Shown: positions 51,213 through 61,950 of the stretch, one piece after another
How positions within the stretch are numbered: position 1 is the stretch's first letter
Layout of the letters: every line of letters starts with the position of its first letter
Assembly (NCBI RefSeq): GCF_963921235.1
Contig: NC_086121.1
Span: 22,382,001 to 22,446,000, forward strand
Reading direction: 5' to 3'
From: Mobula hypostoma
Taxonomy: Eukaryota
DNA: 64,000 nucleotides
The notes under the pieces: generated by a model
Database searches by the model: none
Seen by the model: the letters and a program-made list of their open reading frames with translations, nothing else
Told to the model about the DNA's origin: nothing
Translations under genes and position numbers: made by a program

Positions 51213-52624
51213 CTGTTGGGAAAACAAACGGCAAATTAGCTTCATATTAGAAACAGAGAAACTCTGGAAAGTCTAAGACAATGTTTTAAAGTTTGAGACA
51301 TCAGTTCAGAATAGAATCATTAAACAGATTTAAGATGGAAATTACGGTGAATATCAGCAACTTACTCCACTTTTATTGTGCTTAACTTGTACAGTAAAGA
51401 ATTTCCACCGCTGGCGTGTACACGGCAAGTGCGGACGTTTAAATATTCACTGATTGAACTGGTCTGCTGCACTCTCAGAAACATTATCCAAGATGCATAA
51501 AGGTCCCATTGTGTACCCTCATAATCTCATAATCTCGACAAGTAGAAACTTGCTGAGCCCTTTTTGTGAAATATTATCCTTCAATTACTGCACAAGCCTT
51601 TGATGGGACCATTTCGATCTCGCTGGAGTATATTAACCCTTTCAGCATCCATTCATCTTTCAAATTGTGCAATGCCCCTCATCACTCAGTGAAACTATTA
51701 ATAGAGGAGCTCTCAAAAATTGAAATGTTGTACAATATAGAAATTTTAGCTTATGAGTAGTTGCTCACACAAAATGGGATTTGTTGAGTAACGTTATGTT
51801 ATGGTGAATTATGTCCTGTCTCTGGAGCCTCACTAGAAGATCAAAGTTCAATGGGACCAACTCTATGATGCCGGGTAGGGTTTGAGTCAGGCTGTGTCAT
51901 AGTTGCCTCCAGATCAGAGTGACTTGCTTAATGTTACTGCATCGAGTAATGTTTAAGGCTGCTTTATTTATGACAATGTGGAAAAATACATAAATACTCA
52001 GACTGTGGTCAGGAGTTAATTTTATACATGGACAATTCCTTTGAGTTGTTATCCTCCACCTTGTTGACCTCTGACTTCATTTTTAAATTTATTTACTGCC
52101 CGTAATGCTGCTGGCATTTAGGGCCACAATGAAGCTCCTCTGTCTCTGGCAGTGTTCAGGGATTCTGTCATCGTGTCAGTAGCTTCCTGTCAGTTTTCAC
52201 TACTGCGAATCATGCAAGTCCCGGGTGGAGACTCAGGAATACCATCACACTCAGGCGTGGAAGGATTCTTCATTGCTGTTCCTGTAAAAATATTATTTTA
52301 CTGGTCAGAGTAATTAGCCCTGAGCTGAACCCCCGAACCTGGTGGTCCACTCTTAGTCTGGCCTCTACCCTTTGACCTGTTGGCATGGGTGACCCTATAA
52401 AGAGCCAAAACACAAAGCCCAGACTCCAGCCAATGTAGCTCTCCGGATCATTGAGGCACGCAAACCTCCAAACTCAACGGCAAGGTTGTGGCTCTCTTGG
52501 ATCTGACCTCAATACTTGCTGCTTAATTGTTGTCTACATGAGGTGGTGCTAGACAGTACAATCCTCTTAGCTAAAGTTGGATGGAAAGGAAGGTGGATAA
52601 TTATGTGTTGATATAGTTCAGTTC

Positions 52625-53765
52625 TCATTTGTTAATGAGAGTGATATTCCTCACCAGGATGAGGAATGAGGGAATTAGTTGCAGGATGAGGGAATCAGGG
52701 GCATCATTTCCAACACGCGAAGGAGCTTCACTGGTTATCTTCCTGGAATCATGGCAGAGAGCACCGTGGAAGATGGCTTGTGCTGCATAGAGCTTTACAG
52801 ACCCAGGGCAAAAGGGAGCGAGGGACGGTCTAGGGGAGTAGTCATCCCAAAGCAGGTACCTGAAAGCTCGGTACAATCGGTGGTGTTGCACTGGGATGTA
52901 AACAAGCTGGGCTGCAGGTGCAGACAGAGGTAACATCAGAGCATATTGCTATAGGAAGTAGATTACTGATGAGGCCGTGTTAATCAAAGGTCCGACATTT
53001 ACCTAGTTTATAGGCATCATTATGTGCCATCTCGTACGACGTGGGCGATCACGGTCTCTGACCGTGATTGTTCTTGGCAAATTTTTCTACAGAAGTGGTT
53101 TGCCATTGCCTTCTTCTGGGCAGTGTCTTTACAAGACGGGTGACCCCAGCCATTATCAGTACTCTTCAGAGATCGTCTGCCTGGCGTCAGTGTCGCATAA
53201 CCAGGACCTGAGTTACGCACCGGCTGCTCATACAACCATCCGCCATCTGCTCCTCTAGCTTCACGTGACCCTGATCGGAGGGCTAAGCAAGTGCTACACC
53301 TTGCCCGAGGGTGACCTGCTGGCTAGCGGAGGGAAGGAGTGCCTTACACCCCACAGGCAACTCTGAAATAGTCCAAGGGCAGCAGGCAGCACTCGCTTCG
53401 ACAAAACGTCCCAGGCTGGCAAGTGGAAGGTCGATGGTGAACTCATTCTGAAAACCCCAGGACCAGAGAGTGCAGCAACGACCGCTGGATGAAGGAACTT
53501 GTCCAGTGAACCCACTGGCAGGGGGTGATCAGGGAGCTCCACTCCACACAGAACAAGCAAAGTGTGGAGGAGGGCGAGGGTCCGATGCTTCCTGAATGAC
53601 TGCCGCGCATCTGTGAGAGGCAACGTCGAGCCAGACGAAGAGGGCCTTCAATCACAGGAGGAGAAGTCAACATGCTAGAGAGTATCTGGAAGGGAAAGAG
53701 GTGAAAGGAGCACACACTGTTGGGCCAAGTAGCCAGGTCCTCATAGTCGCTCACATCGAACACAA
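52625..53765 (-). pseudogene. Possible decayed GPR148-like GPCR remnant split by an RTE-derived insertion
   Basis: SFRKHRTLALLHTLLV, HPL, HRLYRAFRYLLWDDYSPR, VKLYAAQAIF and PSFLILVRN resemble GPR148 ICL1/TM2, ICL3, TM6 and TM7; insertion flanked by AGGCA repeats. Confidence 0.3.
53015..53352 (-). mobile_element. RTE-related non-autonomous retroposon
   Basis: Minus-strand GAAGGCAATGGCAAACCACTTC (Bov-B/RTE-type 3' motif) and a TGA-type tail; AGGCA flanks. Confidence 0.65.
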
Positions 53766-55460
53766 GCCCTTTTGCCTCTGCCAGCCATCAAGCACCCGTT
53801 TACATCAATCGTACACTAATTCTTTTTTATTAGTCCATAAAACATTTTCAGCCCAATGGGTCTGATCCACCTTTCTATCATGGCTGCTTTATTAATCCTC
53901 TCAACCCCATTCTCCCACTTTCTCCGCATTGATGCCATTACTAATCAAGAACCTACCAACCCTGGCTTTGGATATACCCAATGACTTGGTCTCCACAGCT
54001 GACCATGGCAATGGATTCCACAGATTCTCCACTTCCCTCATCTCTGTTCTAAAAGGTGCTGCGGCTGTGCCCTCTCGTCCTAGACTTTCCCAGTATAGGA
54101 AACATCTTCTCCAAATAATGCTGGTTGCAGGCCAGAAAGCACAGCCTTCCCACGGTGAATGACTTCCTTCCATCCCAGCAGGGCCTTTGCTTTGAATATT
54201 TCAGTCTTTAATATTTGGGCCATTGCCTGCCTCCACCAAAACAATATTTCTCATGAGTGCTTGAGTGTCTATGTCTTGTTTGCATAAAGGTTTAACCGGA
54301 TAAATCAGATACCAGAAGTGACCTTGGCAGCAAGCAAGGCTGTGGCTTGGAGCCCACTGGCTCTGTTGTCAATGTTCACGTTGAGAATGGTCACTCTCGT
54401 ATCTGCTGTGTCAAAGATACATGGGAATGTTCACTCAAAGCCCTGCTCTATTCAAAGACGGTTGGCGGTGTGAAGTAAGGTAAGGTCATGCGAGGGGGAA
54501 AGTCCATCTCGTTGCCCAGGACCTGCCCTTCACAGGTGACACTGTAAAAGTAAAAGCAGCGCTGTGGGGCCGGCAGGGGAGCGTAGTGGTGAGCACAACG
54601 GTTTACAGTACCAGCAACCCGGGTTCGATTCCTGCTGCTGCCTGTAAGAAGTTTGTGTGTTTGCCCCGTGGCCGTGCAAGTGATAAATTATCCAATCTGT
54701 ATCAAGAAGCCAGCTGTCATGTCGCAGGGTACCTCAGGGCACCCACAGCACACGTCAACACACCCAACGATTCAAATGCAGCCTCTTCCCCTCCCCCATC
54801 AGATTTCTGAATGATCCATGAACCCATGAACACAGTACCTCATTATTCCATAGAGAAATTTCAGACTCTGGATACGATCACTACCTCATTATTCCATGAA
54901 GAAACTCCAGAATGCAGATACGATCACTGCCATCCCTTGGGCTCCGGTGTAATTCTCCGCTGTGAAGTCTTTTCAAGGTTTGCCTCCTTGGAAGAAGTTT
55001 TCCTCGAGCCCTGATACCTCTCCTGGTTATTCCGTTATGGTCACTTCTGCATCTCTCGTTACACAATTCCGACTGCACCAGGTTCTTTGCACCATTCACG
55101 CGGTTTCACACCGTTGTATTTATCACAAACACGAGAAAATCTGCAGATGCTGGAAATCCAAAGCAACACACACTAAATGCTGGAGGAACTCAGCAGGTCA
55201 GGCAGCATCTGTGGAAAAGAGTAAACAGTCAAAGTTTTCCTCCTGATGTCTATTCAATTCAATTTACCGTTGAGTTTACTTTTACCATGTTTATTGTTTA
55301 CTCTGGGAGGTCCATGCGAGCGAGGATTTCATTGCACCCCAACAATAAACTGATCTGAGAGGATGGCTGGTCACCGTGGAAACACTGGCCACTTATCCAC
55401 CAGGCCTCCTCTCATATCACTGCCGACTGATTGACTTTGCCTGGGGGCTGATCAGGGTCA

Positions 55461-55477
55461 GCGCCATCTAGTGGCCA
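55461..55477 (-). promoter_or_regulatory. CTCF motif
   Basis: Minus strand TGGCCACTAGATGGCGC, near-consensus. Confidence 0.75.
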
Positions 55478-56063
55478 AAGTTAAAAAATCAACAGAAAAC
55501 ATTCCTCACTGAGATGGCCATTAACTCCTTTGGATGAAGCTACCATCCCACAAATCATCTCAAATAACTTTAACTCACCTTTTTGTCTCTTTCACTCATG
55601 GAAAAGGACATCAGTAGATAAGCGAAGAGATACCACTCATCCCACAATCTCTTTGATCCACTACCATCAGGAAGGAGGTACAGGACGAGGTCTATCAGAC
55701 AGCTTCTTCTCTCAGGCTGTGAGACTAATGAATACCTGAGGTCTGGTCACTCGTACAGCCAGCTGTTTACTGTACATTGAATTATATTTTATTAACTGAT
55801 TTGCGGTAATGTTTTGTTTTACGTGCTGTCTGCGTTATCTGTTTTGTGGGGGCACCATAGTCTGGAGGAACGTTGATTTGTTGGTTGTATGTAAGTACAG
55901 TCAGATGACAAAACACTTGAACGTGAACTTGATTACCCAGACGAAATACAGGGGCAAACTTTGTAGCTGAATAAGTAGGGAGACAGATGGAGAATACTCT
56001 GAACTGATTCCACAACCTATGGGTGCACCTCAAGGACATTTCAACTCATCTCCTCACTACATT

Positions 56064-56235
56064 GAGGTACAGTCGACGTTTCAGGCCGAGACCCCTCGTC
56101 AGTCCTGACGAAGGGTCTCGGCCTGAAATGTCGACTGTACCTCTTCCTAGAGATGCTGCTTGGCCTGCTGCGTTCACCAGCAACTTTGATGTGTGTTGCT
56201 TGAATTTCCAGCATCTGCAGAATTCCTGTTGTTTG
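56064..56235 (+). mobile_element. Penelope pseudo-LTR beginning with an 80-bp palindrome that carries hammerhead cores on both strands
   Basis: Arms 56064-56102 and 56105-56143 match at 37 of 39 positions. Confidence 0.8.
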
Positions 56236-56659
56236 TGTCCTCACCACGTTCATTATTTTGTAAACGCACAGTTTGTCTTCTTTGGCACGCTGGGTGTCAG
56301 TCTTTGTGTGTGTGTGTGTAGACTTTCATTGATCCTATTGTATTTCTTTGTTCTACTGTGAATGCCTGCAAGAAAATGAATCTCAAAGTTGTATATGGTG
56401 TCATTATTTTGGTAATAAATTTACTTTGAACTTTGAACTTATTCAGAGCACCAGCTCCTTTTTATTGAAGTGGTTTCATGAAACATTTCATGCTCTCCAT
56501 TTCCTTTGCCATCATAAGGATTTCATCATACTTCATGACCAGCACATCGCTGTGGTTTATATCCTGATCAAAGTGGAGCTGTATAACCACTCATACACCA
56601 GTCCAGTGGGAATTTAATTCAAATTAAGACTGCGGACGAAGGGGCCGAATCACTTCGGC

Positions 56660-56690
56660 TGCAGTACTGCTAAATGGCGGGAGGTGGCGC
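56660..56690 (+). promoter_or_regulatory. CTCF-like motif with upstream module
   Basis: TGCAGTACTGCTAAATGGCGGGAGGTGGCGC; the 5' end of the core deviates from consensus. Confidence 0.45.
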
Positions 56691-57316
56691 TGCGGACCAC
56701 CCAGCAACAGTGCCATTATTGCTGAAAAACCAAACAGAAAACTTGCGTATACTAGGCATCTAAAATAAAACTACAATATACTAGAAATACTGAGCAGGTC
56801 AGACAGGATTTACGGGGAGGGAAACAGTTTCAATGATATAGAGTCCTTGGAAACGTTGGAAAGTAACTGTTTTAAGTTGCCAGAGAAGGGGGTGGTGGAG
56901 GGGGAGATAGGGATGCCTGTGGTCGGGACGAGGTCAGACTGGACTGAAATGGAGGTGGTTTCTGCTGAGAGAGAATGGTGAGGGGTTGAAACTCATAGCT
57001 GACCCATCTGGAGGAGATGTGAAAACAGGAAGGTGGCTGAGGCCAGAACGGAAACAAAGTGCTGGAACTGTGAGGTGCAAAGTCGAGCTTATGACCACGT
57101 ACCAGAAAAATTATACAGTACTTGAAGCAGCATCGCAGATGCATAGCTTCAGAGAAGCAGCATTCACAATTTTTGCAAGAAAAGACCCAATTTGAACAAA
57201 AGCAATCAATTTTAATGCAAAGTGGTCACAGTGTTGTTAAACTGAAGCGATTGGGTTGTGCCAGTTAGTTAAATAACTGACTGGTTTAAAGGCAGTATCT
57301 GCTCTCGAAGCTGGTG

Positions 57317-58042
57317 GCATGGATTATAGTATTAATGGTAAGACTCTTGGCAGAGTGGAGGATCAGAGGGATTTTGGGGTCGGAGTCCATAGGACACTCA
57401 AAGCTGCTGCGCGGGTTGACTCTGTCGTTAAGGCATATGGTGCATTGTCCTTCATCAACCCTGGGATGGAGTTTAAAAGCCAAGAGGTAATGTTACAGCT
57501 ATATAGGACCCTGGTCAGACCCCACTTGGAGTACTGTGCTCAGTTCTGGTCGCCTCACCACAGGAAGGATGTGGAAGCCGTAGAAAGAGTGCAGAGGAGA
57601 TTTACAAGGATGTTGCCTGGATTGGGGAGCATGCCTTATGAGAATAGGTTGAGTGAACTCGGCCTTTTCTCCTTGGAGCGACAGAGGATGAGAGGTGACC
57701 TGATAGAGGTGTACAAGATGATGAGAGGCATTGATTGTGTGGATAGTCAGAGGCTTTTTCCCAGGGCTGAAATGGCTAACACGAGAGGGCACAGGTTTAA
57801 GGTGCTTGGAAGTAGGTACGGAGAGATGTCAGGGGTAAGTTTTTTTACGCAGAGAGTGGTGAGTGCATGGAATAGGTTGCCAGCGGATACGATAAGGTCT
57901 TTTAAGAGACACCTGGAACGATACATGGAGTTTAGAAAAATAGAGTGCTATGGGTAACCCTAGGTAATTTCTAAGGGCATGTTTGGCACAGCTTTGTGGG
58001 CTGACGGGCCTGTATTGTGCTGTAGGTTTTCTACGTTTCTAA
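57317..58042 (+). mobile_element. CR1 3' fragment
   Basis: ORF 57319-57957 encodes the CR1 RT C-terminus, followed by the 3'UTR. Confidence 0.92.
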
Positions 58043-58171
58043 TATCACCGTTGCTGGAAATCCAATGTAAAAGAGAAAGCTGGGACCTCCCTGGCTCTGT
58101 GTGGGGGGGCCCAGGCAATGCCAAAGATTTGACTCCAGTGGGGTGGATCTGCTGCCGAGCACAGTGCTTAC

Positions 58172-58203
58172 CTTGTCCTGCCAGTCTGCCTGCATGTGAC
58201 CCT
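58172..58203 (-). other. Candidate 32-bp upstream exon of ANKRD65
   Basis: Acceptor tttctgtcag and donor AAG|gtaagc; phase-compatible and stop-free with the 43-bp exon (GSHAGRLAGQ). Confidence 0.35.
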
Positions 58204-58311
58204 CTGACAGAAATGGTTTACAATCCCATTATCCTTGCAATAATAAAAGTGACTATTTATCAGGTTATGAAGGGCCGCATCCTTGAGGGATATCGGATCA
58301 TAGTGGATCTG

Positions 58312-59220
58312 CAAAGTTCAAAGTAAGTTTATTATCAAAGTACATATACATCACCCTGAGATTAGTTTTCTTGCGGGCATACTCAATAAATCCAATAACC
58401 ACAATAGGTCAGTTAAAGACCGCACCAATAGGGCGGGCACCTAGTGTGCAAAAGATGTCAAACTGTGCAAATACAAAAAGAAAAAATAATATTAATAAAT
58501 GCGTAAACAATAAATATCAAGAACATGAGATGAAGAGTCCTTGAGAGTGGGACAAAAGGTCATGGGGATTGTTCAGTGATGGTGTGAGTGAAGTTGAGTG
58601 AAGTTATCCCCTCTGGTTCAAGAGTCTGGTGGCTGAGGGGTAATAACTGTTCCTGAACCTGGTGGTGTGGGTCCTGGGTGGTGCGTGTCCCTGATAATGG
58701 ATGCTGCTTTTCTGCAACAATGGTCTGTATAGATGTGTCAACATTGGAGAGGGCTTTACCCATGATGGACTGGGCTGTATCCACTGCTTTCTGTAGGATT
58801 TTCCAATCAAGGGCATTAGTGTTTCTGTACCAGGCTGTGATGTAGCCAGTCAATGTACCCTCCATCACACATCTATAGAAGTTTTGGATGTCATGTCGAA
58901 TCTTCACGAGCTCCTAAGGAAGTAGAGGTGCTGTCGTGCTTTCTTCATAATTGCACTTACGTGCTGGGGACCATGACAGTTCCTCTGAAATGATAACTCC
59001 GAGGAGTTTAAAGTTACTGACCCTCTTCACCTCCGATTCTCCGATGAGGACTGGCTCATGGGCCTCTGGTTTCCTCCTCCTGAAGTCAATAATCAGCTCT
59101 TTGGTCTTGCTGACATTGAGTAAGAGGTTGTTGTAGCACCACTCAGCCAGATTTTCAATCTCCCTCCAATATGCCGATTGGAAACCACCTTTGAATCGGC
59201 CAATGACACTGGTGTGACTG
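58312..59220 (-). mobile_element. Rex1-type LINE 3' fragment
   Basis: LNVSKTKELIIDFRR and NFYRCVMEGTLTGYITAWY. Confidence 0.85.
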
Positions 59221-59259
59221 GGCTCCAAATGCATTACTGACTACACGAGGGAAAACACC

Positions 59260-61378
59260 GTTGACTGTACCCATGACGTCTCCCTCCCTGACGCTCTAAA
59301 CAACTTCTGTATACATTTTTGTCACACTGGACACTCACCAGTATGCTTACTGACAGAACCGCTCTACGATAGCATCTCTCATGCACCTGGCTCTGAAAAC
59401 AAGGACATGTATGTCAGAATGCTGTTTCTCTGGACTCGGTCTTGGCATTCAACACTATTGTCTCACTGACCTCAGTGAACAAACCACTACTCCTCAGTCT
59501 AAGTACACCTCTGTGTAACTGGGTGTTGGACTTCCTAACGAACAGACCTCAGATAGTCAGGATGTACAACCGCTCCTCCCTCCCCATCAACCTCAACCCG
59601 GGTGCCCCAGGGTTGTGTGCTGAGCCCAGGGTTGTACACACTGCTCACATGCGACTGCACGGCCAAACACCCGAGTCATCCCATTGTCAAATTCGCTGAT
59701 GACCCATCACCAACAACAATGAGACAGCCCACAGAGAGGAGGAGGAAGAACTCGAGGCCTGGTGCCAGGCAAATAACCTTCATTCTCAATGTCAACAAGA
59801 CAAAGGAGATGGTTATCGACTTCAGGAGAACTCACACCGCTCACATCCTTCTTGATATCAGCGGCACAGCAGTGGAACGTGTGAAATGTCGCACTCCTGG
59901 GAGTGCACAGCTCACACAACCTCTCACAGTCCCTAAGCATACCATACACAGTCAGGAACACTCACCAATGCCTCCACTTCCTGAGGAGGCTGAGAGAGCT
60001 GGATTTGGAACATCCACACTCACGTCATTCTACAGGTGCGCAGCAGAGAGCATCATTTCAAGCTGCGTCACTGCTTGGTACGGAAACTGCACTGTGCCGG
60101 GCAGGAAGGCTCTACAGCGGGCAGTCAGCACTGCCCAACGCACCACGGGCACCAGTCTTCCCGCCATCAAGGATAGGTGTACAGAAAGGCGCCGGAAAAG
60201 GGCCGGTAACATCACGAAGGATCCCACCCTCCCTGCCTGTGGACTATCTGCCCCACTCCCATCAGGGAGGAGGTTACACAGCATCCATGGCAGGGCCACC
60301 AGACTCAAAAACAGTTACTTTCTCCAAGCTGCGAGGCTGATCAACTCCTCCACCCTCTAACCCACCCCTCCACACTCCCCACCACACTCCCCTCCACACT
60401 CCTCTCCACACTCCCCACCACACACCCCTCCACACTCCCCTCCACAGTCCCCACCACACTCCCCTCCACACTCCCCTCCACACGCCCCACCACACTCCCC
60501 TCCACACTCCCCACCACACACCCCTCCACACTCCTCTCCACACTCCCCACCACACACCCCTCCACACTCCTCTCCACACTCCCCACCACACACCCCTCCA
60601 CACTCCCCTCCACACTCCCCACCACACTCCCCTCCACACTCCCCACCACACACCCCTCCACACACCCCTCCACACTCCCCACCACACACCCCTCCACACT
60701 CCCCACCACACTCCCCTCCACACTCCCCACCACACACCCCTCCACACACCCCTCCACACTCCCCACCACACACCCCTCCACACTCCTCTCCACACTCCCC
60801 ACCACACACCCCTCCACACTCCCCTCCACACTCCCCACCACACTCCCCTCCACACTCCCCACCACACTCCCCTCCACACTCCCCTCCACACTCCCCACCA
60901 CACTCCCCTCCACACTCTTCTCCATACTCCCCACCACACTCCCCACCACACTCCCCTCCACACTCCCCTCCACACTCCCCACCACACTCCCCTCCACACT
61001 CCTCTCCACACTCCCCACCACACTCCCCTCCACACTCCCCTCCACACTCCCCACCACACACCCCTCCACACTCCCCACCACACTCCTCTCCACACTCCCC
61101 TCCACACTCCCCTCCACACTCCCCACCACACTCCCCACCACACCTATATAATTTTTCTCCTGTCAGTCATGTTACCTATGGGCACTCCCGTGCCTAGCAT
61201 CACTTTATGGACATAAGGCAATCTATGCATTTAAGCTTTCTTATGTATTTATATTTATTGTGTTCTTTTATTATTAATGTACTTCAAAAAATTCTTTTGT
61301 GTTTTTTCTGTGCTATAGCACATCTGGAGTAACAATTATTTCGTGCACTGACATCAAGCAATCCTGAATCTTGAATCT
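59260..61378 (+). mobile_element. Rex1-type LINE whose 3'UTR contains an expanded minisatellite
   Basis: PQGCVLSP, KFADD, LNVNKTKEMVIDFRR, SFYRCAAESIIS; CTTGAAT tail at ~61365-61380. Confidence 0.85.
60365..61143. repeat. 12-bp minisatellite CCACACTCCCC(T/A), about 65 units
   Basis: Visible tandem array; it gives the period-4 peptides GVWR/GSVE/GECG in three frames. Confidence 0.95.
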
Positions 61379-61559
61379 TGGTCTGGGATGGTTGGTCACT
61401 GTGATTCAGCGTTTGCTGCTGAACGTGACTTGCCTCAGCACAACCTCGTGGTGTCCCTCGCTGTGGTATGGTCACCATGATATGGTTGGAGCACCTCTCC
61501 CAGGGATGTGGTTCAGCTCCAAGCTGTTTTCATAGACACACATACACAGGGAGTAAATG

Positions 61560-61950
61560 CGGTGAACGTTAACCCTTCGCAGCGGCAGCACAATACGTTT
61601 CGAAGGAGATGGTCTAAGGTGGTGTTAGGGTTTTACAGGTCGGTTCAGGAACCAGATGGCACTGTGGAAAAAGATGTTGTTGAGCCTTGAGATGTTGGTC
61701 TTTGGATCCTGTATTTCCTGCCTAAAGACCTGGCCCAGATGGTGGGCTCCTTGATGATGGGCTATTCCTTCTCGAGACACCTCCTCTTGTAGATGTCCTC
61801 AGTGGTGGAGATAGGTGTAGCTGGGATGGAACTGACTGTATCCACCCCTCTCTGTAACCTCTTGCAGCCGTGTGTGGTGAGTTCCAATATGAGGCCCTGA
61901 ATCAACCAGCCGGAACGCTTTCCACCCTACATCAGTAGAACTTTGTCCAG
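61560..61950 (-). mobile_element. Rex1-type LINE 3' fragment that runs into the satellite
   Basis: CKRLQRGVDTV..TEDIYKRRCL..GRKYR..RLNNIFF on the minus strand. Confidence 0.75.

Noticed and set aside
60274-61143. Long low-complexity ORFs (GVWR, GSVE, CGGE repeats)
   Set aside because: All three frames are open because the 12-bp unit has no stop codon; the array lies inside a LINE 3'UTR.
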